Shown here: positions 51,238 through 62,723 of the stretch, piece after piece
Position numbering within the stretch: the stretch's first letter is position 1
Layout: every line of letters starts with the position of its first letter
Assembly (NCBI RefSeq): GCF_006345805.1
Contig: NC_043007.1
Span: 67,456,001-67,520,000, forward strand
DNA: 64,000 bases
Direction: 5' to 3'
DNA from: Octopus sinensis
Lineage: Eukaryota
Program-made: the position numbers and the translations under genes
Notes under the pieces: model-generated
Database searches by the model: none
What the model was told of the DNA's origin: nothing
What the model saw: only the letters and a program-made list of their open reading frames with translations

Positions 51238-52691
51238 CTGAGCAAAAAAAAATTAAAACCAAAATAGTTCAGATATTAAATCATTCACTGTAAATCAGAG
51301 ACATTAATCAATCACTGTTAATCAGTCAATGAGATTAGCTCGGTTCTTCATTTCCATATTATGATTCTGTTATGATATAAGACACAAGCATTAAGTGTCC
51401 CAAGGTGAAGATAAACTTGGAATATTACTAGTGTATTATATTGAACACTGCTTCAATTCTAAGAGAGAATACACACACACACACATGTATGTTTTTATGT
51501 ACAGTTATATCTAAAAACAGTTGCCATTCTTGTCACTAAACCTTGTCTGTTTTTTCAAATAAGGAATCCTTTGCTTTACATGTCTTCCAAGGTGTGAAAT
51601 AAACAGATAATCAGTTGACAACAATACTGTTTGGAGTGAGCAACTTTTGTAGAGTGCAAAAATAAACAAACACACAGACAAGCACAGGAGCACACACACA
51701 TACATATGTGTGTGTGTGTGTGTAAAACAGGCTTCTTTTAGTTTCCATTTACCAAATTCGCTCATATGGTTTCAGCTGTCCTGAGGTTAAAGTAGAAGAC
51801 ACTGTATAGGTGCAGGAGTGGCTGTGTGGTAAGTAGCTTGCTTACCAACTACACGGTTCTGGTTTAGTCCCAATGCATGGCACCTTCGGCAAGTGTCTTC
51901 TACTATAGCCTCGGGCCAACCAAAGCCTTGTGACTGGATTTGGTAGATGGAAACTGAAAGAAGCACGTCATTTATATGTATATGTATATATATATGTATG
52001 CGAGTGTGTGTTTGTCCCCCCAACATCGCTATGTTCCCGTAACTTAGCGGTTCAGCAAAAGAGACCGATAGAATAAGTACTAGGCTTACAAAGAATAAGT
52101 CCTGGGGTCGATTTGCTCGACTAAAGGCGGTGCTCCAGCATGGCCACAGTCAAATGACTGAAACAAGTAAAAGAGAGTAAAAGAAAAAGAGTGGAAGTGA
52201 ACCATAAACTATGTGGTTGAGAAGCACGATTCTTAAACACACAGACATCAGTATTATGCAGCAAATAGTTACATCATCAATACATAGAAATGACATTTCA
52301 ACATTAAAACATCTTCAGGTAGACTCTGAACTGGTGATGTCATAATTCTCTAGGTCAAGGGGGAAAAGAAAGAATCCAAGAACACATGTTATTGAAATAC
52401 TACATTCATTTGGTCATTCAGCTTCTACTACAGCAATAGTTGGTTATCTATATATTTCTGTCTTGATGTTGACGCAATCTTTGTCCTTCATATGGCATGC
52501 ACAAGAGAAAATAAATGAGTTTATTTTCCTTTTTAGATGACATGCACAGGCAGGAAATAAAAACTAGAAAGGCTTACCAAATGTTTGACATTATCAGAGT
52601 TTAGATAATAATGCCAACACACCCTTGGGTGGTAAATGGTATTAACTGAGAACCTGATATTGCTTCCAAGAAGTATGTACTCGTCACTTAC

Positions 52692-52745
52692 ATGTGGATC
52701 ACAGGAGTCTTCTTCTGAATGAATCTGGTTATCATCATTTTCTTT
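52692..52745 (-). CDS. MDM1: MDM1-like exon B1 (KENDDNQIHSEEDSCDPH)
   Basis: Acceptor ttttttaattag, donor CAT|gtaagt; 54 nt, phase 0->0; paralog of the exon at 47960-48013. Confidence 0.8.
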
Positions 52746-54349
52746 CTAATTAAAAAAACAAAAACAAAAACAAAGCAGCATTTAGAAGTCACAATTAAAA
52801 TATATATAATTACAAAGTTTTTTCTTACAAAAAAAGCATAGTTAATAATTAATTAATTCTGGGAATAGTTATAGCAAGGGTATGAAAACAACATAAAAGT
52901 TCATAAAATTATTAATTTTGTTTAACCCTTCCACATTCACATTGTTCTATCAAAAGCATTGCTTATTTATTCACATTGTTTTGAATTAATCTTGCATTAT
53001 TTTGTAGCTTTGAAATTTTGATGAGGTCGGGCATGGCTGTGTGGTTAGGGAGCTTGCTTCCTAGCTATATGGTTTCGGGTTCAGTCCCACTGCGTGGCAC
53101 TTTGGGCAGGTGTCTTCTACTATAGCCCCGAGTCGACCGAAGCTTTGTGATTGAATTCGGTAGATGGAAGTTACTGCCGTGTGTGTATATGTACGTGTAG
53201 GTGCTCAGTGCCTCTCCGAAAGAGAGAGAGGGGGAAGGTAACTGTTAATTCTTAGAATGATATTGTAGAGTAAGTGTGAGAGGCCAGATCTGGCCTGCTT
53301 GAACATAAAACAAGTAGAATATTTTTGCCAGATATGGCCAGTTTAAATGCTAAAGAGTTAAACACCTAAAAATTTCAAATGAGTTCTTAATAAGACTAGA
53401 ATTTACCATATTACTAATCCTATCTTTAGATTCTATATTTACAGCACTTATATCTACACTACATTTTTCATAACCATCATTATAATAATAATAATAATAA
53501 TAATGAAATTATTGTATACAGTGCTCAGGTGCACCACAACATGTCAGAAAGTGCATATAAAGTATATGCAGTAATGTACAAATGTCTGGAAAGCGAACAA
53601 TGTATGAATCAGATACATGCTTGTGTGTGTATGGAGGGGAGAAAATCAGGTGTAGTGTTGGCGAATCTCTGGAAGTTTGGAAGGATGCAGTGCTCCGTCA
53701 ACTAACAATCGATGCCGGCAGTTTGTTCCATGCTTCAGCAACCTTCAGTGTCTGATGCCTCATCTGTTTTGACATTCGTACATGTACCAGAGACAATTCA
53801 AACTAGGAACTTTTATTTCTGAACTTCTCGGCATTGATATGACTGTGTTTCAAACGTTTGCTTCCAAAGCAAACAATAGAGTTCAGTCCCCCTGCTCGGC
53901 ATCTTTGGCAAGTAAGTGTCTTCTACTATAGCCCCAGGCTGACATAAGTGATCCTTTACATTAAAAACGCTAAGAGTTAGCAATAGGGAGGGCATCAAGC
54001 TGTAAAACAATGTCTCAACAACATATTTGGTTAACCCATGCAAGCATGGAAAAACAGACATAAAAACAAATGAAGAATACATAGTTTTACTTACATTTTA
54101 CGTAACTAATATTGAATAAATAAATGTACAAAAATTTTAAAACAAGCAATACCTTTTATATATATATATATATAATAAATATTAGGGAATAAATCCAAAT
54201 TTACAGGGAAAAAATCAGATTTAGGATTAAATCTAATTTTATAGTAAAATATTATAAAATATTATTAGAGACAAAACCACTATTTTGCAAAACAAACAAG
54301 GAAAGACTTAATCAATACATAAAATTTTAATAAATAGTCAAAAAAACCG

Positions 54350-54392
54350 CCACTACAATTGTTTCTTGTCTTGATCGACAATCTTCAGGTGG
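54350..54392 (-). ncRNA. Type-I hammerhead ribozyme motif, identical inverted copy
   Basis: Exact reverse complement of 57638-57680. Confidence 0.72.
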
Positions 54393-57300
54393 ACTTCCAA
54401 TCTAAAATATCAATATTTTAAAATATAAAAATAATAATTTTAAAATAATTAAAGTATGAATGAAAAAATATAAATATATAATCCATATATAACCTATATA
54501 TAATCCATATATAATCAATATATAAACAATATATAAACTAAAATAAACCCATCAACAATTAAATATAAAATATAAAATATAAAACAAAACAAAAAAATAA
54601 TAATAATATAATAATAAACTATATATACACCCATACACATATACCTAATTATATATAACCATATCTAACTACATACACTAAATCACACACCTATATATAT
54701 ATCCCTATACATACACATAAAAACGTCTAGGCAACTATAAATAAATAAAATAGCTAAATACTTCAACACAATACTTATTCATACTCCCACACACACACAC
54801 ATACAACCCACATTCACGCTCTAGAAAACAGACATCACTTAAAATTATGAACGGAGAAATGGAATAAATGGAATTAAAAATTATATTCACTTGGTAAAAC
54901 GAACACTACTTAAAAATTATGAATGAAACAATGCAATAAAACAACAGACATCGCAAATAGACACAAAATTACTACGAATTCCTTAACAAACCTACCATGA
55001 TAAACCAAAACTCATAAAAACATATAATGATAAAATCTCCCTTTACTAAACTCTATAACATACCTATATAGCAATCCCCCTAACCTAAACATTCACACAC
55101 AAATACACACACGTAAACCACACACCCACGACATATAGTTGCACATATCGAGCCCAACTAGCATGCATATGTACATGTGAGGGGGTACACGTACATGCCG
55201 TGCGCGTGTACCCCCTGCATTTATACCCGTGCGTGAATATACACATGGAGAGTACCACACAGGTACAAATGTGTATAGTAATGGGAGCCCCATCACTACA
55301 CTCAATGTATAATCTCACCCATCCGCACGGATGTGAAAGTGAATCTCCGGTGTATATGTTGAGGCTTATATGTAGCGCTGTGGAGGTGAACGTCGTTGAA
55401 ATTGTGAATGAATGGGTGGAGCTGGGAATTGTAACCGGGTGGTGGGCTAGCGTTGCTTGGAATTGGGAATGGAATAGTGTAGTAGTAAGGCAGGCATCGA
55501 GAATAGATTTGGGTTATTGCAAGTTGTTTGTTAGAGCTGCTAAGATGAGCTAAAGCTCAATTGTATATAATAATTTATTATGGTAGTTTTATTAAAGAAT
55601 CCATTCATAATAAATTTTTTTTAAGTAGTGTTGGTTTGCCACGTGGATATAGTTTTTAGTTCCATTTATTCTATTTCTCCATTCATAATTTTAAATGACG
55701 TTTACTTTCCATGGCGCGTATTCTTTTTTTACATAAGTTATATTTCTATGGTAACGTAATTTTGGTTTGATTTTTTTAACGGCTAAGAATTTAATTTCAC
55801 TTCATAATTGAAAGACTTGTAAGTATGTATTTTATTTCTCCTTATGTCATATTGTTATTTTTGATATTCTGGTTAATTACGATGTATTTAATGTGTTTTT
55901 TATTGGAGTGTTTATGTATATGAGATTGTGTGTGAGTTTTTAGTTGTATAATTTATTTATCTGTATGAGTGTGGGTGTGTAAATATTGTTGTATATATCG
56001 AGTTTAGTGAGTATGTATATGCGTATATGTGAGGGAGTATATGTATCTGTTGTGTGTGTGTGTTTTGCGTGTGTGTGTGTTTGTGTGTGAATGTGTATAT
56101 GGGTTTGTTATTTAGGTTTTGGGATGTATGTGTTAATTTGTTGTGTGTGGGGAGGGAGTGGGTTTTTGGTGTATATTGAGGCTTATAAGTTAGTATAGGT
56201 ATGTGTATAAGTCGTGGGTCTGTGGTTTACGTGTGTGTTTTTTGTGTGTGAATGTTTAGGTTAGGGGGATTGCTATATAGGTTTGTTATAGAGTTTAGCA
56301 AAGGGAGATTTTATCGTTATATGTTTTTAAGAGTTTTGGTTTATCATGGTTTTTTTAGGGAATTCGTGGTAATTTGTCTATTTTCGATGTTGGTTGTTTT
56401 ATTACATTGTTTCATTCATAATTTTTGAGTGGTGTTCGTTTTGCCACGTGAATATTATTTTTAATTCCATTTATTCCATTTCTCCATTCATTATTTTAAA
56501 AGATGTTCGTTTCCAGAGTGGTTATACTTTTTATACATATGTTAAGTTCCTTGGTAAAGTAATTTTGTTTGGTGTATATGTTGAGGCGTATATGTACTTG
56601 TGGGTGTGTGTGAGTGGGGTGGGTGTTTGTATTTGTTATGGGTGTGTGGTTTACGTGTGTGTTTGTGTGTGAATGTATAGGTTAAAGGGATTGCTATATA
56701 AGTATGTTATAGTGTTTAGTAAAGGGAGGTTTTATCATTTATGTTTTGTGAGTTTTAGCTTATCATGGTAGTTTTATAAAAGAATCCATTCATAATTTTT
56801 TTGTGTTTATTTGTCTGTGTGGGGTTGAGTGGGTTTTTGGAGTATATGTTGAGGTTTATATGTATGTATAGGTATGTGTAAGTGGTGTGGGTATTTGTAT
56901 ATGTCGTGGGTGTGTGGTTTACGTGTGTGTATTTGTGTGTGAATGTTTAGGTTAGGGGGATTGCTATATAGGTATGTTATAGAGTTTAGTAAAGGGAGAT
57001 TTTATCATTATATGTTTTTATGAGTTTTGGTTTATCATGGTAGGTTTGTTAAGAATTCGTAGTAATTTGTGTCTATTTGCGATGTCTGTTGTTTTATTGC
57101 ATTGTTTCATTCATAATTTTAAGTAGTGTTCGTTTTACCAAGTGAATATAATTTTTAATTCCATTTATTCCATTTCTCCGTTCATAATTTTAAGTGATGT
57201 CCGTTTTCTAGAGCGTGAATGTGGGTTGTATGTGTGTGTATGTGGGAGTATGAATAAGTATTGTGTTGAAGTATTTAGCTATTTTATTTATTTATAGTTG

Positions 57301-57637
57301 CCTAGACGTTTTATGTGTATGTATAGGGATATATATATAGGTGTGTGATTTGTGTATGTAGTTAGATATGGTTATATATAATTAGGTATATGTGTATGGG
57401 TGTATATATAGTTTATTATATTATTATTATTTTTTGTTTTGTTTTATATTTTATATTTTATATTTTATATTAATTGTTGATAGGTTTATTTTAATTTATA
57501 TATGTTTATATATTGATTATATATGGATTATATATAGGTTATATATGGATTATATATTTATATTTTTCATTCATACTTTAATTATTTTAAAATTATTATT
57601 TTTATATTTTAAAATATTGATATTTTAGATTGGAAGT

Positions 57638-57680
57638 CCACCTGAAGATTGTCGATCAAGACAAGAAACAATTGTAGTGG
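57638..57680 (+). ncRNA. Type-I hammerhead ribozyme motif
   Basis: CCAC-CTGAAGA-TTGTC(gatcaa)GACAA-GAAAC-aatt-GTA-GTGG. Confidence 0.72.
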
Positions 57681-58163
57681 CGGTTTTTTTGACTATTTAT
57701 TAAAATTTTATGTATCGATTAAGTCTTTCCTTGTTTGTTTTGCAAAATAGTGGTTTTGTCTCTAATAATATTTTCTGCTGTACTCTTTCACCACTCTAAA
57801 AGGCGGTGCTCCAGCATGGCCGCAGTCAAATGACTGAAACAAGTACAAAAAAAAAATATATATATTTTAATAATATATAATTATTAATATTAGGAAATCA
57901 ATATCAAAACTCCCCAGAAAGATATACACGTGTGAAAAATAATTGTTGTATTAAAAATATATAAATAAATAAATATAAATATGTATAAAAATATATGTAA
58001 ATATGTATAAGTATAAATATATAATGTATATGACAGTTTAAAAGTTTTGAATTAATTATTTGAAGCATCTTACGATCGTTTCACAGAAGATTTGTCCCTA
58101 TAATGTAAATATAAATTCAGTATATAATATTCTCATTGAATATATTTAACTAAAGATTTATAC

Positions 58164-58345
58164 CTTTTTTATATTGAAATATCTTTTTGGTTTATAACAG
58201 ATATTTCCTTCAAACTTGTCATTTCTTCCCAGCAGCATATAATCCGCATTTGAGTCATGTTCTTTTACTGAAAAGTCACTTGATAAACAAGTAACAGGAC
58301 CTTCACGTCTCTTCTTTCTTTGTAGACATGGTTCAAACAACACAC
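58164..58345 (-). CDS. MDM1: MDM1-like exon A1 (GVLFEPCLQRKKR...ADYMLLGRNDKFEGNICYKPKRYFNIKK), most 5' exon found
   Basis: Acceptor tttttag|GT, donor AAG|gtataa; 182 nt, phase 1->0; G-x-x-x-EP-x-x-x-x-K-K/R-R matches the MDM1 N-terminal GITKEPSFISKRR segment as recalled. Confidence 0.75.
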
Positions 58346-58953
58346 CTAAAAATTTAACAGTGTTCAAATTAATCCTTCATTCAAATATATATACAGCAAG
58401 AAATAGAATAAATGACTTCTGTTGGGGTTGACAATGAGTATTCAGTTACTTGATCAACTGAACTACCTGCTTATTGAATTAATGTGAAAGTGGCTGAGTA
58501 TTCCACAGGCATGTATCCCTTAGTGTAATCATCAAGATGAATCAGCATGACACAGCACACACGAAGCTGTGTGGTAAGAAGTTTGCTTTCCAACCACAAG
58601 ATTATGGGTTCAGTCCCATTGCATGGAACATTAGGCAAGTGGCCCCAGGCTGACCTACACCACATAAGTGAATTAGATAGATGGAAATTGAAAAGTATAT
58701 GTGTGTGAGTATGTGTCTGTTGTGTGTGTATTTATGTATCCCATGTGTATGTGTGTGTTTTTATGTTTGTGTTTGTACTCCACTGCCACTTGACAACTAG
58801 TGTTGGTCTGTTTACCAACACCAGTTGTCTCTTTAACTTAGTATTCAGCAAATTAAAAACTTGACAGAATAAGTATCCCCATTCAGGCAAGTATTTTAGC
58901 CCTTAACCTCTGGTATAAGTACTGGGGTTGAATTGTTTGACTGAACCCTTTAA

Positions 58954-59173
58954 CCCTTTCGTTACCAACCCGGCTGAAACCGGCTCTGGCTCTGAGTACA
59001 AATGTCTTGTTTTCATAAGTTTTGAATTAAGATCTTCCACCAAACCTTAGTCACAATTTATGTTCCTAATACTAGCCGAATGATAACTAAGTAATTTTAC
59101 TAAATTCTTTGTTATATTTAAAGTAATTGAAAGAAACACAGAGCGTCTCAAAATAAATACAGTAACGAAAGGG
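58954..59173. mobile_element. 220-bp piggyBac-like MITE family 2, inserted in a SINE; decayed relative at ~40686-40899
   Basis: TTAA|CCCTTTCGTTAC...GTAACGAAAGGG|TTAA. Confidence 0.88.
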
Positions 59174-62049
59174 TTAAGGCCACACTACCAGCATGTCCAC
59201 AGTCCAATGACTGAAACAAGTAAAAGGTCAAAGACAGTATGTGACAAGTCAGGAGATTTAAGTATAGATACAATCTATCTGATGAGCAGTCATAGAGTTT
59301 CCGTCACCTTGATTTCACTCAGAAAGGCTTAACCCTTTAGTGTTTAAACCGGCTGTATCCGGCCCAAATATTCTACACATTTTATGCTCAAACTGGCCAG
59401 AACATGCATCTCACACCTACCCTGCAATGTCACTCTAAAAATAAGCAATTACATCTTTCCTATCTTGAAGCTACAAAATAATATCAGATAAATTTTTTTA
59501 AATGTGAATAAATAAGGATTACTTTGGACAAATTAATCTGAATGCTAAAGAGTTAAGTTGTGACCTGAAGCTTTGGTAAAAGATATCTTCTCAAAATGCA
59601 ACATGAGAAGTAACCAACTATCAAATAATATTTTCATGACTTGTGAAATTTTGAAAAGTGTACAGTGTATCTTAGTAAGAAGAAACTGTAGGGTGAGCTG
59701 AACAGAAGAGGGTCTTTAGAGAAGAAGCCCACCACTATGCAATAATTTTAGCTCTTAATGTCTTGTATATTTTGTCACATACACACAGACATATCCATAT
59801 GGTTAAAGACTTTTATTTCACAAGGATGACTTGGCAGTTTGTTTCATGCTTTTGTTAATTGTTTTAGATGTCTATGTAGTTGCAAGAAGACATAGATACC
59901 ATTTTGGCTCTCCCATGGTGGTGGTGGTAGTGGTGAGGGGGGGGGGCTATATCATACTTGGTTAGTACTCAGTTTCAACTGAGCAGATTGGAGCAATGTG
60001 AAATTAAGTAACTTGCTCAAGAGCACAACACACTGCCCGATCCAGGAATCAAGCCCAAAACCTTATGACTGGGAAACCTACACTCTAACCACTAAGCAAC
60101 ATACCTTAAGATATTTAAGGTTTGAAAAACAAAACAACAACAACAGGAAAAAATAAGGTACCAGTTATATACTGGTTTTAATTCAACTGAATCCATCCCT
60201 TCCTGAAAAGCAAGTGGCAATATGTTAATCAACATCTTACCAACTAAAAAATGCACTAAATTACTTTAAGGATACAGGACAGAGAAGACTGTCGAAAACA
60301 CACGTTTTCACATGTGTATTCCTGTTACAACCTGTTGCAGTATTTTTAATATCTATCAGTCTTTATGAGCACTAGTGTGTTACTGAAAACAAGTTTTTTG
60401 GTCTCAAGAGAGCTACAATCCTAACAGAATTTTTTATTAATTCCAATCACATTCTTTTGAATATTTTTTTTTCTCAATACTTCCAGCTTTCATTTAGATC
60501 TCCAGGGGCAGAATTCTTTACTTTTTTTTTTTGTTATATTAAAATGGGATGAGTGAGCATTAATTAAATAACATCTTTTAACTTGTTTCAGTCATTAGAT
60601 AGTGGTCATGCTGGGGCACCACCTTTAGTCAAATGAATCAACCCCGGGATTTATTTTTTTAAAGCTTGATACTTATTCTACCAGTCTCTTTTGCCAAACT
60701 GCTAAGTTACAGGAACATAAGCAAACACCACTTATCAAATGGTAGTGGGGGACAAACACATACACACACATGACAGGCTTCTTTCAGTTTCCATCTACCA
60801 AATCCACTCACAAGGCTTTGGTCTGCCTGAGGCTATAGTAGAAGACACTTGCCCAAGGTGCCATGCAGTAGGACTGAACCTGGAACCATATGGCTAGGAA
60901 ACAAACTTCTTACCACAGGTGTAGCTATACCTGCACCTATAACATGTTAACATTTTTCCTCCCAGGGTGCTTAGCTAGCAGAATTGTAAGCATGCCGGGT
61001 GAAATGCTTAGCAGTATTTCGTCTGTCTTTACATTATGAGTTCAAATTCCGCCAAGGTCAACTTTACCTTTCATCCTTTCAGGGTCGAAAAATTAAGAAT
61101 CAGTTGCATACTGGAGGTCAATATAATCAACTGGCCTCCCCCTTCCCAAAATTTTGGGCCTTGTGTCTAGAGTAGAAAAGAATATTTTTTCTGCCCAGGG
61201 TGGCAAGCTAGCAGAATCGTTAGCATGCCAGGCGAAATGCTTATCGGTATTTCATCTGCTGTTATGTTCTGAATTCAAATTCTGCCTTTCATCCTTTTGA
61301 GGTCAACAGCTATACTGACCTCAATTCATAACTAGTTTTTATTAAAATAACATGGAAGTGGGAATGGCTGTGTGGTGTAGTGGATCTTGCAGGCATGAAG
61401 TGGATTTGATCCACCAAAGCCAAATTAAAATTAACACTTCAACAGAACCTTTCTCACGGTGGAACAAGAGTTTACATTTGCCAGATTACATTTGCCAGTT
61501 TACATTTGCCAGATTGCCTTAGCTAGGCCAAAATAATGACTTCACCACTTGACCTTTCTAACTTCTCCTAGACCACCAAAAGTTAGAATTAAGATAACAA
61601 GACCACCAACTAAATCCATTGTTCTCAACAATATGTCTATCCTTCAGGATAGTTATAAAAGCAAGAACCCCAAGCAAAAATCAATTAGTCACTTGGTGAC
61701 AACTCAATCATTTAGTCAGTTGGTGACAACTCGTGAGTTGAGAGAGAGAGCTAACATTAGTTAGTGAACAGACCACTAGAATCATGGCCACAAGCAGACA
61801 AACAACCAGAGGGAAAAAGAAATTTAGAATTAGCGACTCTACAAGACAGCTTGTCCCATACTCTCTCACTTTCACTAACTCACTTCGTCTTCTCTGCACA
61901 TTACCATATCTCTTTCTATGGTTTATTACTACAATAAGAATACACAGGCCGAAATTAATTCTTTTACTTCGCACGTTCTAGGATTTTATCACCTGCCCAT
62001 CAAGGCAAGGTATATTTGATGTAGCAGTAAATAGATATTTTCTTCACAA

Positions 62050-62620
62050 CTTCAATCACTGTTCTTTCATCATTACATAATGGCAATCAACAAAGAACCA
62101 ATGCTTACAAACTGATTATGATGCCAACATTCTATCCTACTCTATATCAACTATCGTTTATCATATAATAGTTTACAAATCAAACTTCAACCATTACAGT
62201 GGTTTAAGAAGTTCATTTAGCAGAGGGACCCATAAATGGATAGTCTATGTTGTTGTTAACTCCTGGACAACTCTGACCAAGCAGACTTATGATCAAAGAC
62301 ATTCTAATCGTAACCATCCCGTTTCCCCTATGTACTAGGAGCCTAAGACCACACTATCCAATGCGTTCTTTTCCATGATAGTAAAGTGTGATTTGAGGAA
62401 GATTTTGCTGCTATTTCTAGCAAGTCTAGAAACAAGACTAGATCCCTCATTGGCTGGGATATTTAAAAAAATTTTATCTATCAATGAACGACTACATAAA
62501 ACAAGAAAAGCTCTAAAGGGTTTCAAATTACACCCTACAATTCTAAAAAGAAATGGACGTCTTCGTCATAAATATACAAATTGGAATTCCCTTGATTATA
62601 CAGGTCTGTTCTATTAGATC
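62050..62620 (+). pseudogene. Heavily decayed non-LTR retrotransposon RT fragment (possibly R4/Dong-like)
   Basis: Only KTRKAL....LHP......RL resembles the RT C-terminal motif; many stops. Confidence 0.3.
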
Positions 62621-62723
62621 TATGTGAACAGCAACAAGTTTAGACAGTAAATGGATATTTGTGCAGTTAAATACATATCACTGACACAATTGATGTCGTA
62701 TTTTATTTATTTCTAACATAAGT

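Larger units (their letters stand above)
54170..57774. mobile_element. Fold-back Penelope-related element: inverted arms 54256-55137 and 56898-57774, spacer with degenerate tandem copies
   Basis: Arms are reverse complements with few mismatches; strong A/C versus G/T strand asymmetry; each arm carries a hammerhead motif. Confidence 0.85.

Noticed and set aside
52286-52351. Possible 66-nt exon RIMTSPVQSLPEDVLMLKCHFY (- strand), strong acceptor
   Set aside because: Weak donor (gtattg), no counterpart between B2 and A3, not needed for frame; boundaries approximate
54800-55100. Coding potential of the fold-back arm (55085-55553 ORFs and arm frames)
   Set aside because: Frequent stops and low complexity; no recognisable RT or endonuclease motif
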